The notes under the pieces were generated by a model. The model saw nothing but the letters and a program-made list of their open reading frames with translations, did no database searches and was not told the DNA's origin. Shown here in pieces: positions 49,698 through 61,282 of a stretch of 64,000 bases of DNA. The position numbers and the translations under genes are program-made. Position 1 is the stretch's first letter, and every line of letters begins with the position of its first letter. Origin of the DNA: Sphaerodactylus townsendi (taxonomy: Eukaryota); contig NC_059430.1 in the NCBI RefSeq assembly GCF_021028975.2, positions 60,326,001-60,390,000 of the forward strand, given 5' to 3'.

Positions 49698-50329
49698 ACT
49701 ATTAATGCCACATTACCCATTTTAAAAAAATCATTTTTACATAAGTTCACTTTTTTAAAAACAAAAAAATAAATAAAACGGTTATATTTGTATGTACAGC
49801 CTTTATATTCAAAGACTTTATTCCAACATAACATGAAACCATGATTTATTTTGAGTATGGTTATTCTGTGAAATATTTTGCTCAAAGATGTTAATGCAAA
49901 TCCTGATTTGCCTCAATTAATGCTGGGTTCGTTGCCTTTACTCTTTTCCCCACCTCCCCTGCAAATATCCTGGTCTCCACTGAGGTGACCACAGTACAGG
50001 AAAGCAAGCAATTTTAAACCAAGATATTTACAGCAAGCAAAACCATTGTTAGGACTGTAGTAAATAAACCAACTTCAGACCATCCTTCATAGCCAGGATT
50101 TATGGACCTTAACTATAGTAGTAGAGTGGGCCATATTTGGGTGATGTGACCCCTATGTTACCTTTTTTTCCTATCTTAATGTAAATGTTTAGTGTGATGT
50201 GCATCAGTTTTCTGTGTGCTCTTAATCCTATCCCCATTCATTGTCTATCACAGGAGAAGGAATGTGTAGAACAGCTCAAGTAAGCCTAACTGCTGAGTTT
50301 TGACGGCCATCGTATAGTGAGTATCAGAT

Positions 50330-50715
50330 GTAGATCCATCCACAGATGTATACCATATTTTAAAAAATGGATCGTTATTGACTTATGGGGTGACGCCGCT
50401 TCTGAAACTCGCTCGGTTGGAATACGCCGGTTGCCACCTGTTGCTGAGCGAACAGCAGCAGGTGGAAGCCGGCATATTCCCGTGGCGCTCCCAAACAGCT
50501 GCCTATCTTTTCCCTGCCTTTCGTCGCTCCGAGGAGGGAAGGGGACATGCCTCCTTGCCTTTGTCACTTCAGCTGTCGCTCTGGCCTGGGGGCATGTCCC
50601 CTTCCCTACTCGGAGTGACGAAAGGCAGGGAAAAGGTAGGCAGCTGTTTGGGGGGCTGTGCGGCTGTGCAGAGCGTGCTGCACTTTGCCAGTACTGCACC
50701 TTGCCATGATGCACT
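50330..50715. mobile_element. GC-rich MITE fragment with long internal palindrome
   Basis: Arms 50490-50553 / 50589-50652; shares AAGGGGACATGCC with 60650-61080. Confidence 0.6.
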
Positions 50716-52075
50716 ATGAAACTCCTATATACAGATGACAGTATGCCTTGGTGTTTTCACCAGTTATTTTATATTTTGGAATCTTAAGTAATGACTTTCT
50801 ATGCCACTAGGAACTTTAAAAACCTGAAGTTCAGTCAGATCTTGGTTGATCAATTTTTACCACCTCTTTTGTTCTCTGTGGAACCCACTCTGTTCTCTCC
50901 AGCCTAATAAATAATCAGATAATTAATCCAGCTTTTAATTGTTTTTCTCCTTTGCAGCACATTATTTTCACAGCAGTTTAAACTTGGGTCTCAGGTGCAG
51001 ATGACTCTGTTTACACAAGCATTTTGAAACAAGGAGATTTGTCAAATTGAGGATGAATCTTTGGTGCCTTCTGTTTGAGATACTTTTCATGTTCATGCAT
51101 CACAGCAGATGCTGTGTTCCATCTTCATTTGGATTTTCTTATCAAGTGTGAAATGAGCTGATAATAAATCCACATTCCCACAGATTCATCAGTGATGGAG
51201 ATTGATTGCTATTGTCCCATGTCCTCTGAATTGTTATGACTTCGTTTCTGCATACCAACCAAAATGACAGGAATTCATATTGTACTGAAATGACATCCAG
51301 ATGCATTTCATAAGAACATGCATGAGAACACACAGTCTGATGTTTAATATGTTGTGACATGATAGGCAGGCAAGGTATATTCTAGCTAAAGAGGCTTCTG
51401 AAGAAAGAGAAATAATGACAACAATGAGGAGGCAAAAGGTTGATTTTTAATCTGCGAGAGGCTGTCACCTAATTATACATGATGTTTGGTATGTTTGCTT
51501 CCATTTTCAGCCCCAGTACCTCTTTTTGCCTTGAACTATTTCTGAGCATATCTCGATTAGGGGGGGAAAGGCAGCATTGTTTTCAGAAGATGGTATGTAC
51601 ACTGAGCTTTGCATTAGTAAGATGTCTGTTGAGAGACATGCCCTCTCCCTGCTCTCTCCATATGTATAACACACTCTTCTGAATTTCTGCATACTAAAAG
51701 CAGCCAAAAAGCAGCCCTATCATTTCAACAGTTTTATGGCACTTTGCTGAAAGAAGTGGGATCTTAGATCCTGGTGCAATGCATTAGAATACTGAAAGAT
51801 TTGAGGCATTAGAATACAGTTCTGCAGAATATTTCATCCTTTCATGAGCATATTGTGATCAATTATGTTTATTTAGGCTTTTCCAAACAACTTAATTGAA
51901 GATGTAATAAGTTCCATTTTTATATTTTGCCCAGGAATACAACCAGTTGGAAGGATGGTAAACATGCAGTAGGTTTGTATACATAATTATATTCTCTTAG
52001 AAGTTATGACATGATTTACACATTGAGAGGGGTCATGTGAGTAATCCAAGGCCAAAATCTTTGGCATGAACAACT

Positions 52076-52153
52076 GAAGAAGAAGAAGAAGAAGAAGAAG
52101 AAGAAGAAGAAGAAGAAGAGGAGGAGGAGGAGGAGGAGGAGGAGGAGGAGGAG
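52076..52153 (+). repeat. (GAA)n(GAG)n compound microsatellite (SINE tail)
   Basis: Seen directly. Confidence 0.97.
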
Positions 52154-52433
52154 TTTGGATTTATATCCCCCCTTTCTCTCCTGTAGGAGACTCAAAGGGG
52201 CTTACAATCTCCTTGCCCTTCCTCCCTCACAACAAACATCCTGTGAGGTAGGTGGGGCTGAGAGAGCTCGGAGAAGCTGTGACTAGCCCAAGGTCACCCA
52301 GCTGGCGTGTGTGGGAGTGCACAGACTAATCGGAATTCCCCAGATAAGCCTCCACAGCTCAAGCGGCAGAGCGGAGAATCAAACCCGGTTCCTCCAGATT
52401 AGAAACACGAGCTCTTAACCTCCTACGCCACTG
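52154..52433 (-). mobile_element. Full-length young Squam3-like tRNA SINE
   Basis: Reverse complement starts CAGTGGCGTAGGAGGTTAAGAGC...CCGGGTTTGATTCTCC; CpGs retained; microsatellite tail. Confidence 0.92.
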
Positions 52434-54642
52434 AGGCTTATAATGTTTGTTTGATCCCAGTCTATGTAGACACAAACCACACCGTGACTTCCATTTTGAA
52501 TGTCGTGGACCATTATTGCTCTTGTGTGCAATAAAACAACTGTGTTGCAAGAAATTTGTGAATGAGGGGAAGCTTATAATTATTTTGGGAAATTAACTAC
52601 AATAGTGATTTGGTGATTACAAATGAAATAATAAGTTAGCAAATTATGCAGGTCTGGGAATACTGCTTTATAGATAGATCTTGACATTGTAAATCAGACT
52701 TCGATGAGTCTTTTAATTTCCTAGAGGAGACATTTATTACAATGACAAACAGGTTTTTGTCCTTTTTACTGGTATTTGATGAATCACTATGTTCAATTGC
52801 ACCTGGTAAGTTATTGATGACGTTGCTTGTAAAAACAAATTTCCTTGAGACATTATAGGCATGCTGTGATAAGAACACATTCTATATATTTCATAGCGCC
52901 AGTTTTGGTGTCTTTAAAATGTTACTAGAAGTAACTGTAAAATGTGGTGAATAGCTATGATGTGTCATTGAGATATTTCTGACCTGTGTTGGAATATACT
53001 GGCATAGGTCTGCAAATTCTGCAGCTTCTGTGCTTGAAGGTATTGCTTCATTTGGTATATTGATTCCAGCCTCTCAGCATTTTGGTTGCTTTTACCTTTT
53101 CAGGATAACATGATTTGGAATTTCCATGTCCTCTTCTCTGCATGTTTCTAGAAAACATAGGGCCTTATGTAAAAAAAATGCAGTGTCTGTTCTGTTCAAG
53201 CCAGGTCCTGAGCAGCTGTACCTGAGTCTACATTTGGAGCATATGTCAATGGCTGCTGAGGTCTATTGCAGCTAGAAATGCATCAAGAAAGAAGTGCTTC
53301 ATTTGATAAGGCACAAGTAGAAATTAAGATTTTTATTTTTCCAAAGTAGACGCTAACATTGCATAATCAGGCCATGTTGAATTTTATGCTTGAAGAATGC
53401 TGTATGTCCTCAGTGGATAAACTATCCAAGGTTAGTTCATTAGGTTATGTCCCATGAGGGGTATCCTACTTCAAACTTCAGCCATCACAGAAAAGTTCAG
53501 ATTCATTAAACTGATAATTTTTTGTCTTTCAAATGAAGAGCCACCACTGGTTTTTAAATGCTTTTATTCCTTCTTTTTGAATTATTGTATAGATAAATTG
53601 AGAATAGCAAATGATTTATTTTTTAAAAAATTGTGTTAATTTAAATGTGCTGGGAAAGGGGCATAATTCTGGAACTACTTATAAGGTCATAAATTGCATT
53701 CCAACTAGAGGGATTTATGAATTTGCAAGTAAATACTGGATTGCCCTCATGTGCATGGATATGTAGAAGCATGCAGATCATGTTTACCATTTCAACCCTT
53801 TTATTTTTTTAAAGGGAATGACATTTATATCATAGTTTGTCAGCACTTTAAATTGAGTTCAAGATATATTTCCTGACATACTCTGATGTGGGATATATGA
53901 ACTCAGTTCTCATATTCTTAACATATTTCTCTTCATGCAAGAAACAAAATAAACAAAACTTGGCATAAAAGGAGTGTTTATCTTGTTTTCTGTTTTACAA
54001 CTAACACTCAAGCTTCACCTGCCAGTAACAATTTTAATACTTGGACAGATATACAACGGAAACTGAACATTGTCCTGCTTTTTCCAAACAGAAATGGTCA
54101 ATGTGTCAGTAAAACAGTTTCTTCTATTTTCACTGTTAGTATTGTAAAAGCTTTATCATCTTACTTGTTGCTTTGATGTTATAGTTGGTACATATAGTTG
54201 GTACATTTTGATCTGATCTGTTTACAGTTGCATTTTGCCCTCTGTTCTCCTTTGAAAAAACTTCATTAACTGAAATTATTTATTTCCATAAATGCATTTT
54301 TACTTGTTCTGTTTGTAATGGTACCTGCCATCCTTAAGTATTCAAAACTGAAGTGAATCTTGGCTAGGCTATAAAGGATGTGGCAACAGATACAGGGATA
54401 TTCTATATGAAGTTGCTTTATGGTGAGTCAAATCAATGACCTATCTATCCCAGATCTGCCTATTCAGGTTGGGGTGCTTCTTCAGAGTCTCAGACAGAGC
54501 ATTTTCCAAACCTTGCTGATCATTTTGAGTTTCCAGAACTGAAAAAAAGTCCATATCACTTGCAGAAAAATCAAGGTTTAATCCTTGGAATCTATACTTA
54601 AACAATGAGAGAGGGGTGATGCAAAAACCATTCCCACACTTA

Positions 54643-55074
54643 GGCCGTTTCCGCACGGCCAAAAGCAGCGACGCGATGACGTTGCAAATTGCGACGCATA
54701 CGAAAAAAAGCGTTCACACAGACAGGCGGAGCTGCGGGCGTCCGCAGCCCCGCAGAAATGTGACGGTTCGCACGGAAGCGCTGCGGAAGCGGCGTCTCGC
54801 GATGTTGCGCCTGCGCACTTGCGAAGCCGTGCAGGCCCGACGCCATTTGTGACGACAGCTCCGTGGCGGCTGTTCGCACGAGTGCGGCGTCGATGCGTCA
54901 CATGGGGAAAAAGAGTGGTTTTAAGCGTTTGCTGAATACACCGTCTTCGCGCCGGTTTAGCGTTTTCGCGACGGCGCGACTGCGCACCTCCGCCGCTGCG
55001 TGTGCGAACGCTCTCGCTCTGACGCTTCTTTTTCCGTTGCGACGACGTCATATTTTGCCCGTGCGGAAACGGCC
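54643..55074. mobile_element. CpG-rich PIF/Harbinger-like MITE
   Basis: TIR GGCCGTTTCCGCACGGCCAAAA / TTTTGCCCGTGCGGAAACGGCC; flanks TTA / AGA. Confidence 0.85.
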
Positions 55075-56094
55075 AGAGTTTTTGTTCACTTTGTTTTTAA
55101 ACTAGAGTACTTTTATTGATGATACCCACATAATCTTACATTCTAATTGACTTCAGCACATTGTTTGCCAATCCTGATTCACTACAAACTAGAGGTATGC
55201 ACCATTTTTCCGGTATTTTTTTTAGTATGATTTTTTTTCAGGTTTGGGTTTGGGACCAGGATTTTTTTTTTTAAAAAAAAATGTTTTTAAGCTAAATCCC
55301 TGTACTAGTATGGGGTTTTTTGGACCCTTTTTGAAAATTCAAATTATATTTGGGTCTATCAACTCAAACCTGAAAAATTCCATACCTCCTCCAAACTCCA
55401 CATGGGTCTTGAAGGCAGCAACTGGAGCAGAGCTGACCACTGAAACCAGCATTCAGCTCTGAACAGCCTGCTGACTACAAGACCCACATGTACTTCAGAG
55501 GTGGCAGAGCAGACCTGAACTCTGGGCTCAACAAGCTAAGCCTAGTGTTCAGCTCTGCACCACCTGCCGCCTCTGAGGCCCACATGGATACTGGAGGCGG
55601 CAGAGCAAAGCTGAATACTTGGCCCAGCCAGACCAAGCCCAGCATTCAGCTCTGTGCTGCCTGTTGCCTCTGAAAGGCGGCCAACTGGTAAAGGAGGGGG
55701 AGAGAGAGGAAGGGAGGAGGGAGGGAGGAAGAGGGGATTCCTCCCTGTATTTTTTTTTACTAATGATTGGGCCAAAGCAGTTCAAAAATATCAAATTATT
55801 CTGGATCTGCATTTCCTTAAGTTACCACCATTTGGGGGGGAATACAACCCCCCCCCCACACACATACAAATGTTGAAGAGGTATTTTGGATTTATTCAAA
55901 CTTTTTGAATAAATCACAATCCAAGTGTGTTATCACACTGTCTGGATAGGATAATCCAAATTTTCAAAGATCCTGCCCACACTGGTACCATTTTTTTCAT
56001 GCATCACTCCCTCATGTCTACCATTTATGCTGATCACACCACTGCAAGTCTATTTGAGAGCTTTTTTAAAAGTGGTAAGTGCTATCCCATTTGT

Positions 56095-56300
56095 GTATGT
56101 GTAAAGTGCTGCCAAGCTGCAGCCAATTTATAGTGACCTCTTAGGGCTTTCATTGTGAGAGGTGATTGGTCATTTCCTTCCTCTTCATACTAACCATTAG
56201 ATTTCTGGGGGTCTCACATCCAGATACTAACCAGGGCTGACTCTGCTAGCTTCTGAGATCTGATAAGATCAGGGTTGGCTGGAACATCCAGGTCAGGGCA
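56095..56300 (-). mobile_element. 5S-headed Sauria-like SINE
   Basis: GGTCTCACATCCAGATACTAACCAGGGCTGACTCTGCTAGCTTCTGAGATCTGATAAGATCAGG. Confidence 0.8.
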
Positions 56301-57576
56301 CTATACTATTTCAATTTTTAAAAACTGGGAAAGCCTTGAGGTAGCATTTTGGGGAAAAAATAAGGATAATGGAGGAAAATGAGTAGAAAACATCTACTTG
56401 GAAGGTCTGTTGCCATGCACATGCTGCTGGATTAACAGCTGTGATCAATGTAAACTGTATGGATACCAGGTTGGAGAGTCTGATTAGAATGGACAAAACA
56501 GTGGTTATGATCCTCAAAAACATCAAGCCACACCCCCATCTTTCATGCTCTTTAAGTTCCATTCCTGCTCACATCAGCTCCTTTTCCATTTTCTTCAACC
56601 ATTCTCCAAGAACTTCCCAACCAAACCTTTCCATAATATACAAGGCTATGGCTTTTTCTTACTTTATTTGTCAGTCTTCAGCAGCAGGAGGAAGACAAGC
56701 TTTGTGACTAATTGGAAAAGTACAAAGCCCTGTTGGAATTATAGTTTCTTAACGATACTCAGTAGCACATGGAAATTATTTTTTAGACAAAGAAATACCT
56801 TACTTTTGAGACTACATTGAATCCCCATTGCTGGTGGAAGGAAAATAATAGTTTGCCTAGTGTGGATCATTTGTTTTCGTTTTCATTTTATTTTTGTCAT
56901 TGAAACATGATGACAGAAAAGAAAGTACACGGTGATATTGCTTCAATTATATCTTTACCTTCTATGCTTTTGCTTTTCAGGACTGTCAAAAACTACTCTG
57001 CTTGTGCTTTTTTGCATTATACCTTTTTTCAAAAGAGGCATGTCCATCATGAATCATCCTGTCAAAAGATACTCAGAAGAATTCTCACTAGTATTATGAA
57101 ATTCTGTTCTTTTGTTAACAAATTACTGAAATGAAAAGTGGAGGAGGTTTCTAAAGTGACTTACAAACATGGGGTTGGATCGAACCAGCTTTTATTCAGG
57201 CTCTCCCACTTCTGCTGCCTACTATAACTTACATGGTTTTTGTCTGTACACATCCCATGATCACTGCCATAGTGTTTTTGGTTGTCAAAGGAGATCACAT
57301 CCTCTTTTTCCACCAGTTGAAAAGTTGGTTGGATACAACGCCTGGGGCACAGTCAATCTAAAATTGCAGATGAGCTGTAATTCCAGGAGAACTCCAGGCC
57401 CTACTAGCTGCACTACTAATAACTTCTTTTTCCTTTTGTTTTAAGAGGAGATAAAGATAGGTAGAGGAGAAAAGTAGACATATACACTTGTTTAAAAGAA
57501 TGGGTCCCGGGTGGCAGATAGAGTCATCAGCTCTCAAGTAACAAATTTTAGCTGCCTTGCAGTAGGGCATGCAGAG

Positions 57577-57772
57577 TAGGGTTGCCAACTCTAGGTTGGC
57601 AAAATTCTGGAAATTTTGGAAGTGGAACCTGTGGAGGGAAGAGTTTGGGAAGGAAGTGACCTAAGCGAGATATAATGCAGCCATTTTCCCCAGGGGAATT
57701 GACTTTGTAGTCTGGAGGTCAGTTGTAATTCTGGCAGATATTACAGATTTCACCTGGATGCTGGCAGCCCTA
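57577..57772. mobile_element. hAT MITE
   Basis: TIR TAGGGTTGCCA / TGGCAGCCCTA; 8-bp TSD ATGCAGAG / ATGCAGAT; a degraded relative lies at ~44430-44625. Confidence 0.85.
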
Positions 57773-58398
57773 ATGCAGATATGACATCAGATGGTAAAGT
57801 GCAGCAGAGTAATGGAACAGATCTGCAGAGTCCAGACTAAATCAGCATATCCCATAATTTCCCTTTTCTACTGCAGATATCTCACATCTCCTATTCCCCG
57901 CCCCCTGCTGAGAGCAGCATTTTATGGAGATCAGTGGGCTGCAAGTGGCAAGCTGGGAAAGTTCCATTCCATTGGTGGAAAATCTAGTCTGGATCAAAGC
58001 CATGGGGTGGAACCCTTAGAATACATTGTGTTAATCTAAGATGTTCAGCTATTTTCTGTGCTTCCCAAGTCCCTGGTAGATCCATGCACATGAAAACAGA
58101 CCAAAATAGATTACTCCAACAGTGTCACAAGCACAAGTTTTTTGTACTGTTTTTATGCCCTTGCTAGGTTTTTCATGCTAGGCTTTTAACTGTTAATGAC
58201 TTTTGTAAGTTCTCTGGAAAGGTACTGTGGAAATTTTATAAAGCAAACAAGCAAGCAAGAATTAAAAGGACACAAGTAAAATAGGTGAGCTTGGGTACAT
58301 CCTACATATTGTCAGATCTGCAATACATATAGCATATTATTAACTAATGAAGTACCTAGAGGTCATTCCACAAAGTGTTTATAGATATTAAACTATCT

Positions 58399-58584
58399 CA
58401 GTGGTTCTCAACCTTCCTAATGCCGTTACCCTTTAATACAGTTCTTCATGTTGTGGTGACCCCCAACCCTAACATTTATCCATTTTACAGATGGAGAACA
58501 CTGATGCAGAGAGTTTTAGGCAACCCCTGTGAAAGGGTCGTTCGACCCCCAAAGGGGTCCTGACCCCTAGGTTGAGAACCACTG
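58399..58584 (-). mobile_element. SPIN (Space Invader) hAT non-autonomous element
   Basis: TIR CAGTGGTTCTCAACCT; SPIN-type subterminal GGGGGTCGAACGACCCTTTCACAGGGGT and GGTCACCACAACATGA..AACTGTATTAAAGGGT; perfect TSD AACTATCT. Confidence 0.92.
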
Positions 58585-59980
58585 AACTATCTGATGTTTG
58601 CTAAGTTGTAGGAAGGTTTGACATCCTCAGAAACAATCTACGTAAGGCAAATAATGCAAAGGAAGTGAACCAAATTATAGTTTCAGAATGATCAAATTCA
58701 GACAGCTCAAAATTAATTTAAGAACAATAAAGAAAAACCATGCTGGATCAACCAAGAACTATAAAGTCCAGCAGTCTATTCACACAGTGGACAACCAGCT
58801 TCTATGTACATTAAAGAAGATAATTATGGAAATATTTTCAGGTGGGTTGCCCTGTAACAGAAAAAAAATTGAGTCCAGTATCACCTTATAGACCAACAGA
58901 ACTTTTCATATATATTTCTTTCTTTCTCATTCACATATCTTCTTCCTCTCCCACACTCTCATTCACATATCAGTGAACAACCCACAATCTCTAGTTCTCT
59001 CTCTCACTCACTCTCATTCATACCTTGTATGAATTTTTTAAAATGGTGCTGAAATTGATGGCGTTGGTTGAAAAGGGTTCAGTGTCATCCGAAACTCCCC
59101 TGAATTCTTAGGCAGGTGGGTAGCTGTGTGTGCTAGCCAGCCTGCCCCAGCATGGCTTCTTCATTCAATTTCTCCCAGATGTGATGCACAGTAGCATCAG
59201 ATTGGACTCATGTCTACAGTGCCACCTATACTCCTGGTCTTTCCTGCCCCAGTTCAAAAAAATGCACAGTGCAGGCCAAGCACAAAATAAAATTTGGGTT
59301 TAAAAAACCATGACATACTGCCTTTCTTTGAAACAGTTGCAGGAAAGGTATGAAAAGTCTCAAAATCATCTGGACTAATGATGATTCAGTTCACAATCCT
59401 AATATTTTAACATGTAAGTGAAAAGTTTTATTTCATGCAAATTTAATATATTTATTGTGGCAAAAACTTTCACAGTCTCTTAATACACAAGGTGTCTTGT
59501 CACATGCAATTAGGAACTCATGCTTAAAGTATGGAAAAAAATTTCCTAACAATATCTCAGTTGTTCTTAGCTTTATTAAAGATAAACATAAGCTGTTGTC
59601 TCTGATGAAATCTGGAAAATATATTTGAAAGTTAACAATAGTAACTTAAAAATATTTTGCGCCTGATAACATGCAAAACAGAGCGGAATATAGAGTATAA
59701 GCAATATTATAATAAAATACACACAATAGTATATTAAACCTTCATTAAACCACCTCCCTAATTTCCTTAACATTTTCCTAAAGGCTTATAAATAAGTCAT
59801 GAAACAAAATATGCTTTTATTCTCTTTGCATAATTTGTAATTCAGAGTAGTTTCACAAGTTACAATGAATCAGTGGAGATAAAATACAAGTTAATTGTAC
59901 TCACTGAACTTGAAGGAATTTTTTTGGGATAGATGTTGGAATGCCTCTTTCAAAGCTGTTGCAGACAAATACAGTGCATG

Positions 59981-59984
<4 letters not shown>

Positions 59985-60033
<49 letters not shown>
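59985..60033 (+). repeat. (CA)n microsatellite
   Basis: Seen directly. Confidence 0.97.
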
Positions 60034-60036
<3 letters not shown>

Positions 60037-60649
60037 CACTCACTCACAATGGCCAACACAATCACTTTTGCTTCTCTCAGCAAGTAATTGATTTGCAAGG
60101 ATTAAGGTTATCAGGCCATGACCTAGTTTCAATTCCTCTTGCATTAAGAGGCATAGGGTAGCAAAATATTGTTATGCGTGACTAGGGAGGGAATCAGCAT
60201 TGCTGTAGTTATATAGCACTTGGTCAGTCAGTTTATTGTGATCATAGACCAGTAAAAATATAAAATCAGGATGTCTCAGGAAATACATCAAAAGACGTTT
60301 AAATCCTGCAGCACTAAGGCAGGCCAAGTAGATAAATCTCTGAGGATGCATTCTGAAATCCCAAATAAGATGGAATTTGTTCAAGATGAGCACTAATCTC
60401 CTTTGTTTTCAGGTTTCCATGTTCCTTCCCTCTAGCTCATGATCACGACCTGGAATCCAAGACTTCCAAGAATAGAAAATCTTCAGTCTATCTCCAGTTC
60501 GCTGTGATGTCCAAATTAAGATGCGTGAACAACCTGGGGGTTTCCAATAAGTGGGAGTCTAAAGCACAATTTAATACCAGTTTAGGCTACTATTCTTTTG
60601 CAAATACAAGAGAGGGAGGGAAGATCACACAAACCTTCAAATAAACTGG

Positions 60650-61080
60650 GGTTGTTTCTGCACAGCTAGAGCAGCTGGGCTGCATCGGGGCTGTTTGCCC
60701 TGGGGCTGTTTGCACGAATGGCCTAGCTGGCTGCGCAGCTGGCGGAGCAGGCTCTGCATGGCTGCACAGCCCTCCAAGCGCCTCCTTACCTTCTCCTGGC
60801 TTCCGTCGCTCTGTGGAGGCAAGGGGACATGCCCCCATGGCCAGAGCGACGACTGCAGGGACAGAGGCCAGGAGGAGGAAAGTTCACACAGCAGAGGATA
60901 GAAGATGCCGCTTTTGAAAAACCTTGTTGAGCGAGGTTCAAAAGCAGCGTTTTCGCCCTGCTTGAGAGGGGTGAGCACAGCGCTGCTGCAATGCAGCACC
61001 ACCAGCTGAGCGAACAGCGCCCCAGGGACTGTGTTTTTACTGTCCCTAGGGCGCTATTTTCTGCTGGCGCAGAAACAGCC
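60650..61080. mobile_element. PIF/Harbinger-like MITE
   Basis: TIR GGTTGTTTCTGC / GCAGAAACAGCC; 3-bp TSD TGG on both sides. Confidence 0.8.
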
Positions 61081-61130
61081 TGGGTTTGTGCTCACCATGA
61101 ACAAGCTTCAACTTCTAAATGTGGCTGAAT

Positions 61131-61282
61131 TAGGGGTGGAGCAAGGGGAAACTGTGCCTGGGGCACGCATGCGCCCTGCACCCCTGCCACAGCAGTACCC
61201 GCCCCTGCCCCACCCCTCCACACTCCCGCTGCAGCACACACCCAGGGCATCATGCCCCCGCCCCATTGCCGCTAAGCCACTG
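61131..61282 (+). mobile_element. GC-rich hAT-like MITE
   Basis: Ends TAGGGGTGGAGC / GCTAAGCCACTG; paralogous to 21600-21740; TSD not evident. Confidence 0.55.

Noticed and set aside
56200-56300. 5S rRNA-like sequence
   Set aside because: Diverged SINE head fused to a Sauria-like body, not an rRNA gene
60413-60574. Acceptor-like TTTGTTTTCAG followed by an open frame
   Set aside because: Unrecognised peptide running to a stop, no supporting donor; insufficient evidence
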